From contig OZ240219.1 in the NCBI GenBank assembly GCA_965197645.1, positions 2,976,001 through 3,040,000 on the forward strand: a stretch of DNA of 64,000 nt, given 5' to 3'. Both the position numbers and the translations under genes were made by a program. Below, in pieces: positions 51,724-61,814 of the stretch. Positions within the stretch are counted from its first letter, which is position 1. Every line of letters starts with the position of its first letter. A model generated the notes under the pieces. It worked only from the letters and a program-made list of their open reading frames with translations, had not been told where the DNA came from and searched no databases. The DNA is from Dehalococcoidia bacterium. GTDB lineage: Bacteria > Chloroflexota > Dehalococcoidia > Plut-88900.

Positions 51724-53952
51724 CTACCTGCGGGAGCCCGGTCTCCACTCGATCACCTCGGTCTCCTCCGGCGTGGCCTCGATGCGCACCGGGAAGCGGC
51801 CGCCCCTGGCCAGGAGCAACCAGTCCCCCCTGGGGCAGGAGAGCAGCCAGCGCTGCAGCTCCTCCGGCAGGTCGAAGGCGTCTCCCACGGTGCTTATGGC
51901 CGCGGCGTCCTGCTGCAGTAGCAGCTTGAAGGCGGCGTTCTGGAGGAGGGCACGGCCGGAGTGGCCGGTGATGGCCCGGGAGGTGTCCTCGCTGAGAAGG
52001 TCCTGGACGTCCTGGGTGATGAACTGCAGCCCCAGCCGGTGCTTCCTGGCCCTCTTGGCCATGCTCACCATGAAGGCCGCCCCCTCGGGGTGCTGCATGA
52101 TCGACCACACCTCGTCCACCACCAGCAGGCGGGGCTTGGGGTTCTGGGCCGCGGCGGCCCACACCGTCTCGGTGCAGACCATCGCCGCGGCGGGGCGCAG
52201 CTCCGGCTCCAGGAGGCGCAGGTCGAACACCGTCACCAACGCCTCTTTGCCAAGCAGGTCGTCACCCTCGTCGGAGAGGAGGTGACGCAGGCTGCCGGTG
52301 GCGAAGGGCCTCAGCAGCTTTGCCAGGTCGGGGTCTCCCGCCTCGCTCTCCTGCAGATACTTGTAGAAGTCCCTGAATCCGGTGCGGTCCCGGGGCTGGG
52401 CGTAGTAGCCCGCCAGGGCGTGGTCCAACGATGCCCTGCGCTCCGCGCCCAGGCTCCCACCAACCATCACCTCGATTAGCCGCCTCAGGCTGCCGATGCG
52501 CTGGAGGAGCTCCTCCGGGTCCCTCCCCTCGATGACGAAGGGGTTCATGCCCTGGCCCGGGACTCCCGGCGACAGCACCCTGCCGCCCGCAGCGCGGGCC
52601 ATGTCGGCGTACTCCCCCTCCGGGTCTATGACGTAGGCGGTGACTCCGCGTGTGATGCCCCGCAGCACGCCCAGCTTGGTGGCGAAGGACTTGCCCGAGC
52701 CGGAGCGGGCCAGCACCGCCGTGTTGGCGTTGAGATGGGTCCCGTCCCAGGGGTCGTATACCACCGGCGAGCAGGCCCGCAGGTCGATGCCGTAGAGGGT
52801 GCCGCTGCGGGTGTCCAGGTCGGGGGGAGAGAAGGGGAACAGCCGGGCAAGGCTGGAGGTGTCCAGGGTGCGCCACAGTGCCACGGCGTTCAGCGCCAGG
52901 GGCAGGGTGGAGAGCATCCCCTCCCGCTGCCTGAAGGCCAGCGGGTCCAGCTTGCCCAGCGCGGCGGCGAAGTGGGCCTTGGCCCGCTGGGTTATCTCCT
53001 TCAGGGATTTAGCGTCCTTGGCGTGTAATGTGATGGATAGGGAGGAGTGGAAGAGCCGCTCCCGTCCCCGCTGCACCTCGTCCCGCAGCCGGGTGACGTC
53101 CTCCAGGGCTATCTCCGCCTCGGGGGACATGGTGCGGCCCCGCTTGAAGGAGAGGGACTGGGCAGACTCGAAGCGCACCTTCTGCCACTCCAGCGTTCGG
53201 GCCGCCTGCTCCGCCGGTATGGGTCCCAGGTGGACGGACAGGTCCATGGGCGCCCCCGCCGCCATCAGGCCCTGCAGGAACCCCGGAGCCAGGGAACGGG
53301 GCCACCTCCCCAAATGCAGTGAGCGGACGAGGCTCCCGCCGATGCGCATGTCGCGGCGGTTGATCTCGACCTCGACGGGCGTCTCCTCGTCGAACTCTGC
53401 GGGCGAGCCGCCCAGGGCGGCGGCCAGGATGAGCATCCGCAGCTGGCGGCCCCCCAGGGGATGCACCGACAGACCGGCCCGCGCCAGCAGGCCCCGCAGC
53501 TCATCAACCCGCTCGAACTCGCACACTGCGTAGAAGCGCCGGTCGAGGATGCCCTCGCGGGCTTCGAGGTCGATCAACAGACGCTGAAGCGACTCCGAGG
53601 CAGCCCTGGTCTGCGGGGGCAGATCATCGGGCTGCGTTTGGGCGAGGTCATCCCGAAGGCGGTCCAGGCCGGGCGGGTGCTGGCGCACCAGCAGCTGTAC
53701 CGGGAAGTCCAGGGCGTTGAGGGCGCCGGCGAAGGCACCAATCTTGGGTTGGTCCAGCTCCAGGCCCATCACCTCGCAGATCCCCAGCTTCACCCCGTCC
53801 AGGCGCACCGGCCCATCCTCCTCCAGGTGGGAGAGCATGAAGCAGAGAGGCAGGGGCGGCAATTGCTTGGCCTCGATGCTTTCGGGATCACCCTCTTGGA
53901 GTTCCTGGACGGGGGTGACCGGGTGTTTCTTCTTTCCGAATAGTAATCTCAA
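51724..53952 (-). CDS. virB4: VirB4-like conjugation ATPase
   Basis: ARSGSGKS, LLVVDEVW; close paralog of 5820-8123. Confidence 0.9.
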   Translation of the reverse strand: MRLLFGKKKHPVTPVQELQEGDPESIEAKQLPPLPLCFMLSHLEEDGPVRLDGVKLGICEVMGLELDQPKIGAFAGALNALDFPVQLLVRQHPPGLDRLRDDLAQTQPDDLPPQTRAASESLQRLLIDLEAREGILDRRFYAVCEFERVDELRGLLARAGLSVHPLGGRQLRMLILAAALGGSPAEFDEETPVEVEINRRDMRIGGSLVRSLHLGRWPRSLAPGFLQGLMAAGAPMDLSVHLGPIPAEQAARTLEWQKVRFESAQSLSFKRGRTMSPEAEIALEDVTRLRDEVQRGRERLFHSSLSITLHAKDAKSLKEITQRAKAHFAAALGKLDPLAFRQREGMLSTLPLALNAVALWRTLDTSSLARLFPFSPPDLDTRSGTLYGIDLRACSPVVYDPWDGTHLNANTAVLARSGSGKSFATKLGVLRGITRGVTAYVIDPEGEYADMARAAGGRVLSPGVPGQGMNPFVIEGRDPEELLQRIGSLRRLIEVMVGGSLGAERRASLDHALAGYYAQPRDRTGFRDFYKYLQESEAGDPDLAKLLRPFATGSLRHLLSDEGDDLLGKEALVTVFDLRLLEPELRPAAAMVCTETVWAAAAQNPKPRLLVVDEVWSIMQHPEGAAFMVSMAKRARKHRLGLQFITQDVQDLLSEDTSRAITGHSGRALLQNAAFKLLLQQDAAAISTVGDAFDLPEELQRWLLSCPRGDWLLLARGGRFPVRIEATPEETEVIEWRPGSRR

Positions 53953-53978
53953 GTTAGCGCTCTCCCTCTATTGGCTTG

Positions 53979-54290
53979 CTAGGGGATGGGGACGACGCCG
54001 CTGAGCAGGGCCAAGGCCACGCCCTTGGCCGACAGCACCAGCACCAACCCAACCACCGCGCCCACGACGGCGCTCCTGGCCCGTCCCCCGCCCCGGTCCT
54101 CTCCTCCCTCGGCCATCAGGACGAAGCCCGCCCAGACGATGGCGAAGAGGCAGAGGCCTGCGGCGGCGTAGGCCATCGCCGTCAACGCCTCGTTGACGGC
54201 CCCGAGCATCTCCTGCTCCTCGGCCGGGGCCGCGCCGGTCGAAGCCAGCGCGGCGCCGGCCACCAGCAGTAGGGTGGCAACCCGTATCAC
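53979..54290 (-). CDS. Pilin-like small membrane protein
   Basis: Paralog of 5479-5799. Confidence 0.7.
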   Translation of the reverse strand: MIRVATLLLVAGAALASTGAAPAEEQEMLGAVNEALTAMAYAAAGLCLFAIVWAGFVLMAEGGEDRGGGRARSAVVGAVVGLVLVLSAKGVALALLSGVVPIP

Positions 54291-56020
54291 CTGGGTCTCC
54301 GTCCCTCGAGGGTCTCGAGGACCTCGTTAAGCTCCTCGCCGGTGAGGGGCGCCTGCTCGGCGGGGAGCGGTTCGGGCTCGGCATCGGGCAGTACCAGCCT
54401 CTCGAAGGGCTTGTCGGACCCGATGCTCGACCCCATCTCCAGAGACTCGTGCCTGGTGCGGGCGGTGGGCCATCGCTCCACCACCTCGGCCTCTATCCTC
54501 TCCGGGTGCAGGATGGTGAAGGTGACCTGCCGGTCGACCATCTCGCTGGGCACCGACAGGTGGGCGGTGATGACGTGCTCCGTGGTCGTGCCGCCGGGGT
54601 GGTCCACCGTGACCGTCTCGCTGACAGTGCGGCTCACCCCAGGGCGCAGCAGGACCACCGTCTCGGTGCGCCGCTCGGTCCACCCGGGAATACGGGTGAG
54701 CCGCACCAGCGGGGGCCTGGCAATGCTCAGTGACGCCTCCAGGTCGGCCTCGATGTTCACGACGTGGACCGCCGCGCCCACGGCGAGGTCAACCCGGAAG
54801 GTCGTGTCGCCCCCGGCAACGAACGGTACGCTGGCCTGCGACCCGCCAGCGGCGACGCTAACGCTCCCGCTAATGGCCGTGACCTGGGCATCCATCAACG
54901 CCGTCTCCATCACACTCTGGTATCCGGCCACTGTCAGGAGGTCTACGGCCTCCTCCACCACCGGTACGCAGTCGGACCGGATGGTGCCGTTGACCGTCCC
55001 CGGAGCCCAAGCCAGGGAGACAACCCGGAGACGGCACAGCTCGCCCTCGACCGAGGGCAGGGGGTGGGGCAGCTGGGCATCCTCGAGGGTGTAGGCCCCG
55101 GCCTGTGCCAGGCCGTCCACCCAGGAGAAGGTGAGGGAGGGCGTCGGACCGTGGAGGGGCAGGGAGTAGGTGGCCTCCTCCCCCTGGGCCAGCCTCGACG
55201 ACCTCCAGTAGCGCTGCTCCCGCCCGTCATCGCCGCCGTAGGCCCGCACCCGCAGGTACAGGTCGGTTGCCGCGCGAAGGGTGACCTCGGCCCGCTCTCC
55301 CGACACCTGCAGCCCCTCGATGTATATCCTCCGCCCCGGGACCGGCTCGGGCACCTCGAACTCGATCTCGTCCCGCCAGCGGTCCTGCGGTGGCCCCGGC
55401 CCCTCGCCGTGCTCGTCGGCCGTCGCAGGCTGCGGCAGCCCCAAGGTCGCCGCGGCCAGGGCGAAAGCGGCCACGACCGCCTGCCACGTCTTCGGGGACT
55501 TCTTTCGTTTATTCCTACGGGCCTCAGTCTCCTCCGCCCCGCGCCGGCGTCGCTTGCCGAACCATCCGTGGGGACGGAAGGGCCTACGCTTGTTCCCGCG
55601 CTCGTCCTCCTTCCGCCTCTTCCTGTTCTCTCCGGTGTTTCTCCCCAGGGCCCGCCTCGCCATGAGGCCGAGGGGTCCGGGGCCCGTCTTCGCCGGCTGT
55701 ACCGGCGCCGGGGGCTCGCTACGCACCAGGTCCGCCGGGGGCCCGGCGTAGCGCCGGGTCCCCAGCCAGAACCGCAGCAGGTCGGCGGCCACCAGCGGCA
55801 ACCGCCTCCCTCCTATCTTCCCAACGATCATCGCCACTCCCGCCAGGCCCTGGACCACGGCCAGCGCTATCCTGGCCTCCGCAGGACCCAGCGGGGCGTA
55901 GCGGTAGACGCCGTAGGAGAGGGCGCACACCGCCGTCAAAGCAACGATCTGGGGAAAGGTGAACCACAGCAGCACCCGGTCCTCGGCCTGCACGTGGGTG
56001 GGCACCTCGTGCTCTCTCAT
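54287..56020 (-). CDS. PrgI-like domain fused to extracellular domain
   Basis: Paralog of 3764-5482. Confidence 0.7.
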   Translation of the reverse strand: MREHEVPTHVQAEDRVLLWFTFPQIVALTAVCALSYGVYRYAPLGPAEARIALAVVQGLAGVAMIVGKIGGRRLPLVAADLLRFWLGTRRYAGPPADLVRSEPPAPVQPAKTGPGPLGLMARRALGRNTGENRKRRKEDERGNKRRPFRPHGWFGKRRRRGAEETEARRNKRKKSPKTWQAVVAAFALAAATLGLPQPATADEHGEGPGPPQDRWRDEIEFEVPEPVPGRRIYIEGLQVSGERAEVTLRAATDLYLRVRAYGGDDGREQRYWRSSRLAQGEEATYSLPLHGPTPSLTFSWVDGLAQAGAYTLEDAQLPHPLPSVEGELCRLRVVSLAWAPGTVNGTIRSDCVPVVEEAVDLLTVAGYQSVMETALMDAQVTAISGSVSVAAGGSQASVPFVAGGDTTFRVDLAVGAAVHVVNIEADLEASLSIARPPLVRLTRIPGWTERRTETVVLLRPGVSRTVSETVTVDHPGGTTTEHVITAHLSVPSEMVDRQVTFTILHPERIEAEVVERWPTARTRHESLEMGSSIGSDKPFERLVLPDAEPEPLPAEQAPLTGEELNEVLETLEGRRPR

Positions 56021-56046
56021 AGGTCTTCCTCCTTCCTCGCGCCCGG

Positions 56047-56334
56047 CTACCCGTCGTCAGGTGTGGGGGTTTCAGGCTCTGGCAGCTCCACCTCCACCGC
56101 GGGGTTCACTACGGCGTTCATCACCAGCTCCACGATGCCGTAGGCCACCATCGCCAGCACGACGCCCGCGATGGCGGTCATCATCGCCGACTTGCCCTTC
56201 TCCATCTGGTGGGGAGCTCCCGACGCCGTCAGGTACATGTAGGCGCCGTAGACGAAGTAGCCCACGCCCACCGCTCCAACCACGCCCAGCAGGATCCCCA
56301 CTATGTTCGATATGGTCTGTGTCAGGTCTTCCAA
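56047..56334 (-). CDS. TrbC/VirB2-like pilin
   Basis: Paralog of 3440-3736. Confidence 0.8.
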   Translation of the reverse strand: MEDLTQTISNIVGILLGVVGAVGVGYFVYGAYMYLTASGAPHQMEKGKSAMMTAIAGVVLAMVAYGIVELVMNAVVNPAVEVELPEPETPTPDDG

Positions 56335-56471
56335 CCTTTTCCTCCTCTCTGGTTTCCAGCGTTCCCGTCGTCCCTAACTCGCCGTTCAGTTGCACATCTC
56401 CCCACCTCCTCTGCATGGTGATCGGTTCAGGCCGTAGTCGAGATGTATCTCCACCGACGGCCCGATTGTCG

Positions 56472-57449
56472 TTACTCCCGGGCGCTCCTGGGTGCTGCGC
56501 CGCCTTCTCCCCCGCCGGCTGGGGTGGCCATCTCCGCCATCGAGCGGACGCCGGAAGACGCCGCCGACAGACCGGCTCCCGCCGCCATCCCCGCCGCAGC
56601 AACTCCACCCGGGCCTGCGGCGGCTCCGCCGGTCATCAGGCCGAGGGTCTTGGCCGACCGCATCAACGTCCCGGGCAGCGAGAAGCCGAAGTACATAGCG
56701 CTCAGCCAGGAGTCGAAGGTGCCGGCGTTGCCCAGCATCGAGGGCACCCGGGTCGCCATGTACACGAAGGCCAGGGACATCAGCAGCTTCCACGCCAGCT
56801 CCTGCACCGGCTCGACCTCCCCTATGCCGGCGAACTGCCGCAGGAACCCAAAGCCCAGGGCCAGGGCGATGAGCTGTACCGCCTGCTGGAACACCGTGAT
56901 CATGAACAGCCGCAGCCAGTGGCGGCCCCAGCCCGCCGTGTAGGGCAGGATCCACAGCCCCAGGGCTATGGGCGCCAGGGCCAGCAGGATGTCTATCAGC
57001 GCCAGGCGCAGGATCATCTGCACCAGGACGTACAGGACGAAGAAGCCGTAGACCAGGTAGAGCGCCGCCATGAAGATCGCCATGCCCACGCTGCCCGTCT
57101 CCACCGCAACCAGCAGCGTTTTCAGCGCCGTTCGCAGCAGGTCTCCGGCGGTGACGTCTAGGGATGCTGCTATGAAACCGGAGACGGCGTCGGCGATATC
57201 GATGACCAGGGCGCACCACCACAACGAGGTGGCGGCGGCCACCAGCCCCAGCACCAGCCTCGGGACCATCTCACGCCACCCGGCCTGGGTCTGTCCCAGG
57301 TGGTGCTGCACGATGAGGCTCAGGCCCATCCAGCCCAGTATCAGGACCAGGACGCCGGAGGTGATAGCCCAGACCACGGCCCAGGCCTCCCGCACCAAGG
57401 GGTTGAGGTAGGTCAGCTCGGGAGAGGTGCCGGTGAGGATGTCGGTCAT
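56472..57449 (-). CDS. VirB6/TrbL-like membrane protein
   Basis: Paralog of 2352-3332 (MTDILTGT...). Confidence 0.8.
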   Translation of the reverse strand: MTDILTGTSPELTYLNPLVREAWAVVWAITSGVLVLILGWMGLSLIVQHHLGQTQAGWREMVPRLVLGLVAAATSLWWCALVIDIADAVSGFIAASLDVTAGDLLRTALKTLLVAVETGSVGMAIFMAALYLVYGFFVLYVLVQMILRLALIDILLALAPIALGLWILPYTAGWGRHWLRLFMITVFQQAVQLIALALGFGFLRQFAGIGEVEPVQELAWKLLMSLAFVYMATRVPSMLGNAGTFDSWLSAMYFGFSLPGTLMRSAKTLGLMTGGAAAGPGGVAAAGMAAGAGLSAASSGVRSMAEMATPAGGGEGGAAPRSARE

Positions 57450-58069
57450 CGACCGCCGTCCCCCCGGCAGTTGTCCGCGTCCCGGCCGCTGGCCTTCTCC
57501 ACCACCCCGCAGAGGGTCCCGTGGGTCCCCTCCACGGTCCAGCGGGCCAGGGCCCTGCCCCACTTTCCGGGGTCGAAGGCCCTCAGCACCCGGTCCCACA
57601 GGCCTCCGGGCTGGTACACGGGGATGATCGTGTAGAAGACGTGGATCTCCCCGCTGCCCAGGTCCCGGGGCATCAGCGCCAGCAGGTAGGCCCGGTCCGG
57701 GTCCAACGTCTCCTGGTCGTCCTGGAAGGGGTACTCGAAGGAGTACTCCCAGCCGTCCTGGCGCTCCTTCTCCCCGTCCCGGACCCCGTATACCGTGGTG
57801 AGCCACTCGCCGGTGTCGGGGTGGCGCACGGCGTAGTAGAGGACGGCGGGCTTGCGATCGAAGACGGGCCTGGCTATGAAGCGCCCGTCCTTCTTCCTCT
57901 CGACGAAGTCCTCGTCCCCGTTGACCAGATGAACGCCCTCTTCGGGCGGGTCCTGGGCCAGGACTAGGTTGCTGGTTGAGACGATTAGAAGCGTCGCCAG
58001 GAGCAACACAGCGGCCAGGGGCAGCAGCTTCCATGCTTTGAGGGGATTGGGATTCGATTGCAGCGCCAT
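57446..58069 (-). CDS. Secreted ICE transfer-region protein
   Basis: Paralog of 1741-2355; signal peptide. Confidence 0.8.
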   Translation of the reverse strand: MALQSNPNPLKAWKLLPLAAVLLLATLLIVSTSNLVLAQDPPEEGVHLVNGDEDFVERKKDGRFIARPVFDRKPAVLYYAVRHPDTGEWLTTVYGVRDGEKERQDGWEYSFEYPFQDDQETLDPDRAYLLALMPRDLGSGEIHVFYTIIPVYQPGGLWDRVLRAFDPGKWGRALARWTVEGTHGTLCGVVEKASGRDADNCRGDGGR

Positions 58070-58236
58070 GGACTCCTCCCTGCGTCCGATGGATCCGGAC
58101 GCATGCGACGGAGTGTGGGCGCTCCTGGAATTAGACGGTATCCCCTGCAGGGGACTGCATCGATGTAACCCCCTCCAGGGGATTACACGGAGGTGGGCCG
58201 CTGTGATGTCATCGGGGTGTACAGGGATTTGCGGCA

Positions 58237-58439
58237 GTTCCCAAAAGGGAAGTGAGGGGCACACTCAAGGCTAAAACAGGGGAAGTTGAGCCCCCTAGAG
58301 GACGGGAAGAGAGAACACTTTTTCTGAAGTCCCCATTCCGGACCGGGTGGACAGCGCCAGGCACGACGGTTCCCAAAAGGGAACCGGGCAAACCAGACGA
58401 AACTTCCCATTCCGTGTCGTGGAAGTTCCCAAAAGGGAA
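58237..58439. promoter_or_regulatory. Three palindromic operator-like boxes in the divergent intergenic region
   Basis: GTTCCCAAAAGGGAA at 58237, 58369 and 58425; the last lies next to the RBS of the HTH gene. Confidence 0.8.
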
Positions 58440-58454
58440 GTGAGGGAGGTACGA

Positions 58455-59261
58455 ATGAAAGAGGAGCATGCAGCGACGGCGGACAACCTGCGTCATCTGC
58501 GGTTGAGTGGACTTCTGCGGGACCTGGTCCGCCAGGAGGGCCGCATGGAGGCCGCCGAGCTGCTGGGGGTCAATTACAAGACCCTCGCCAGGGCCATCGA
58601 GTCGGGTAGGCTCACGCCCCGGCTGTCCGACGCCCTGGAACGGCTGGTGCTGGAAGGTGAAGGTTCTGCTGCGGCCCGGCAGGATCAGCGGATCGAGGCC
58701 CTGGAGGGACGGGTGGAGTCGCTGGCGGAGGACCTGCGGGGCGGCCTCGAGGAGCTCAGAGCAGTCGTCCAGGAGAAGGACGCGGCCCCACGGGACGAAA
58801 GCACGGGAGAAGAGGCGCAGGTGGAGGAGCGACCTGCGCCTGTGGAAAGGTCCCGGGCAGGTGAGGAGCCGCAGGAACCCGGGCCGTTGAAGTGGGCTCG
58901 TCACCGCCGGCTGGATCCCCTGGTTGTCCCCGAGGAGCCGGAGCCCGACGACGAGGAGGTCTATGGCCCGGCGTGGCCGGTCATAGAGGAGTGGCGCAGG
59001 CTCAGGAGGGGCCATCCGCACCGGGGCGGGAGCCTGTCGTGGCTGGTGACGGAGGAGCGCATCCTGGGGTTGGAGCTGGCGATCCTGGAGGAGCACGGGT
59101 TGACGTTGCCCCCGGAGGTGCAGCCGCTGCGGGGCTTCGGGCGCAACGGCCAGATCAACTGGCGAAGGAAGGCCCTCTACGACACTCGGAACGCCCGGGC
59201 CCGGCGGCAACTGCTGCGGTGGGTGCGCCGGATGGTGACCCTGGGGTTGTGGTGGAGGTAG
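58455..59261 (+). CDS. Conserved ICE HTH/coiled-coil/Arg-rich protein
   Basis: Paralog of 401-1243; MEAAELLGVNYKTL HTH. Confidence 0.8.
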   Translation: MKEEHAATADNLRHLRLSGLLRDLVRQEGRMEAAELLGVNYKTLARAIESGRLTPRLSDALERLVLEGEGSAAARQDQRIEALEGRVESLAEDLRGGLEELRAVVQEKDAAPRDESTGEEAQVEERPAPVERSRAGEEPQEPGPLKWARHRRLDPLVVPEEPEPDDEEVYGPAWPVIEEWRRLRRGHPHRGGSLSWLVTEERILGLELAILEEHGLTLPPEVQPLRGFGRNGQINWRRKALYDTRNARARRQLLRWVRRMVTLGLWWR

Positions 59262-59355
59262 CCGCTTACGGCGAGCGCTTAGGGTTTCGATAGACACGAT
59301 CAAACACTTCGCTTTGGTGAGCCACGGACCCCTGGACATTGGTACAACCGTTCTA

Positions 59356-59540
59356 CGATAATGAACCCACTGTCAGGCTTTGCCAGAGTTTCCCGCCCTA
59401 GAAACCTGGAGGGTCCCATCCCCGACCCGGCAAGGACCGCTTAGGATCGAGCACTGCTCTCCGAACGGTCCACCAACAGGGACAAGCGCATCCGGCTGCG
59501 ATAAACGGTGGAGGGGTCGAGCAATGCTCCCCCAACGCTG
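59356..59540 (+). ncRNA. Candidate structured leader RNA: conserved 54-nt motif plus two bulged hairpins
   Basis: Motif shared with 242-296; GGA-UC-GAGC-ACU-GCUC-UCC (59444-59462) and GGGG-UC-GAGC-AAU-GCUC-CCCC (59513-59533). Confidence 0.5.
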
Positions 59541-59847
59541 CTTTGAAAGCCGGGAGGACCCTGGGAGAAGTGTGCCCTACGCCTCGGCGTGAACGGCCAT
59601 TCTCATCGAAGTGCGCCATGCGCCACGACTTTCCCCCAAGGCCCAGCCCAGCTCGAAGAGTCGGCCGCCGTTACGCCACGAGGCTGTTACGGCCAACCCC
59701 GAGCCGAGCCCCATCTTCTTCAACCTCGCTCCCCCTCCACGTCAGGCATCCGACCGTGGCGGGAGTGCGTCCACTTCGTCAATAGAACCCACAGCCCAAG
59801 CCTGCGCCACGGATGCCGGCACGGGCAGCAACAGAAAGGAGGCGTCG

Positions 59848-60120
59848 ATGCACGCCAGGAAAGAAGTTCCAAGGATCGTAGCCGCAGTCGCCGGGACCGG
59901 CAGGTTCCTGCGGCGGCGAAAGCGGGCGGTGATTGCGCTGCTGGTGACAGGGCCCCTTCTGCTGACCGGCGACCTGGATCTCTTCGCCCTGAACCTGGTC
60001 GGGCTGGGCTTAGGGGCGCTCCTGCTCCGGCAGATGACACTGTCCACGGCCGCGAGACCGGCGACTACGAAACGACAGACGGCGGAAACAACGGTACAAA
60101 CAGATAGGAGGACACGATGA
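59848..60120 (+). CDS. Small membrane protein
   Basis: AAGGAGG RBS, two short hydrophobic segments; first gene of a coupled operon. Confidence 0.6.
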   Translation: MHARKEVPRIVAAVAGTGRFLRRRKRAVIALLVTGPLLLTGDLDLFALNLVGLGLGALLLRQMTLSTAARPATTKRQTAETTVQTDRRTR

Positions 60121-60596
60121 CGACGGCAACGGCAACACTGGGCAACCGGACGCTGGCAGGGGCCCGGCCCAGCCTGGAACAGCTGGTCGACCGGCTGATA
60201 GCGGTCCTGTTCAGGGACGAGCCGGAGACGGCGGAGGCCACGGCAGAGCCAGCCCGGAGCGTGGCCCGCAGCGTCCATGAAGCGCGGCGGCTGCGGCAGG
60301 CGGGGGAGATCGACTCCGCACTGGCGGTCTTCGGCGGCATGGACATGGAGAAGGCGACACAGGAGGAGGCCCGCTGGGCCTTCTCCGAGTGGATGCAGCT
60401 TGTAAGGAGGCGGCGGTTCGGAAACCGGGACGCCCTGGTCTACAGCCAGGGAACGGGCAGGGCCGCCGCGCTGGTTCCCACGTCCGATGGCGGCACGCTG
60501 GAGGTCGCCGCTGTCCTGGGGATGCGCTGGCCAACCGGCAAGCTGGTCTCGCGGCGGAGCCTGCGGGGACTAAAGCCCCTGTGCGGAGGTGGATGA
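60117..60596 (+). CDS. Hypothetical protein
   Basis: AGGAGG RBS; ATGA overlaps on both sides. Confidence 0.7.
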   Translation: MTTATATLGNRTLAGARPSLEQLVDRLIAVLFRDEPETAEATAEPARSVARSVHEARRLRQAGEIDSALAVFGGMDMEKATQEEARWAFSEWMQLVRRRRFGNRDALVYSQGTGRAAALVPTSDGGTLEVAAVLGMRWPTGKLVSRRSLRGLKPLCGGG

Positions 60597-61633
60597 TGGT
60601 CACCGCCAACGTGGACATCCCCACCCTGAAGGCCCGGCACCCGCTGGGAGACACGGTGGAGGCCGCCGGGGTGAGGCTGAGGGGAAGGGGCAGGGTCCGC
60701 CAGGGCGTCTGCCCCTTCCACGACGAGGGCGAGGGCAGCTTCACTGTCTACGCCGACTCGGAGCGGTTCTACTGCTTCGGGTGCGGTGAAGGGGGAGACG
60801 TGCTGGATTTTATCCAGAAGTCCGAAGACCTCACGCTGTCGGAGGCGATCCGGCATCTTGACGAGGACGCTTACCCCAGCGTCTCCCACCCGGTTCCGGC
60901 ACAGCGTCGTACGGCAACTGCTCTCCCAGTCAGGGACCCGACACTCCTGACGGCGGCATCCCGCTTCTACGCCGGTTGTCTCCGGCGTTCCCCGGAAGCG
61001 CGGGAGTACCTGGCATTGCGGGGCGTCGGCCCGATAGCTGCAAGCCGCCTGGGTCTCGGCTTCTCACCGGGCGGCGGGTTGCGGCAGGCCCTGGAGTCGG
61101 CCGGCTTCTCCGAGAGGCGCATCCGGGACTCGGGGCTGTTCACGGACCGGGGTGCGGAGCGGTTCGCAGGAATGGTCGTCGTACCCGACATCTCCGGCGG
61201 CTTGGTTCGCTGGCTCGCTGGTCGGGCCATCGATCCTGGCGCGAGGCCCCGGTTCCAGGCCCTTCCGGGCCCCAAGCCGGTGCTTGGGCTTGGGCGACTT
61301 GGCCCCGCACCACCCTGGACGGTCCTGACCGAGGGGGTCTTCGACTGGATTGCGCTTGCCCAGTGGGGCCTCCCCGCCTGCGCCGCCCTGGGCACCCAGG
61401 GCGTTGAGCGCATCGCCTCGGCCCTCCGGGGCTGTCCCCACATCTTCCTCGCCTTCGACAACGACGATGCAGGCCTTGAGGTCACAGAGCGGCTTGCGTC
61501 CTTGCTTGGAAGGCGCTTCGCCGCCGTCACCCTTCCCCAGGGCGTCGGCGACGTGGCCGAGCTTGCCACCCACCCCACCGGGAGCGCCGCTTTCCTCCGC
61601 CTGCTCTCCCAGGCCGCCCGCGCTGCCCGCTAG
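60593..61633 (+). CDS. DnaG-like primase (CHC2 zinc finger + TOPRIM)
   Basis: CPFHDE...FYCFGCG..GD, EGVFD, AFDNDDAG. Confidence 0.9.
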   Translation: MMVTANVDIPTLKARHPLGDTVEAAGVRLRGRGRVRQGVCPFHDEGEGSFTVYADSERFYCFGCGEGGDVLDFIQKSEDLTLSEAIRHLDEDAYPSVSHPVPAQRRTATALPVRDPTLLTAASRFYAGCLRRSPEAREYLALRGVGPIAASRLGLGFSPGGGLRQALESAGFSERRIRDSGLFTDRGAERFAGMVVVPDISGGLVRWLAGRAIDPGARPRFQALPGPKPVLGLGRLGPAPPWTVLTEGVFDWIALAQWGLPACAALGTQGVERIASALRGCPHIFLAFDNDDAGLEVTERLASLLGRRFAAVTLPQGVGDVAELATHPTGSAAFLRLLSQAARAAR

Positions 61634-61814
61634 CGGCTCCCCGCCGCTCTCCAGCGGGCTTCGTTTCCCCCGCTTTCTCCCACTCCCCATTCTCACCCGC
61701 CTGGGAGGAGCTATGCCCATTTCATGACGGGCTTCGCCCGCGCACGGCTTCCCCTAGAAGAATCCGCCCACCGACCATTGGCCACAGGAACTACATCACG
61801 GAAGGAGACGCAAC

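Noticed and set aside
47376-59261. ICE-B as an assembly artefact duplicating ICE-A
   Set aside because: Copies differ by many substitutions, indels and entirely different operator repeats
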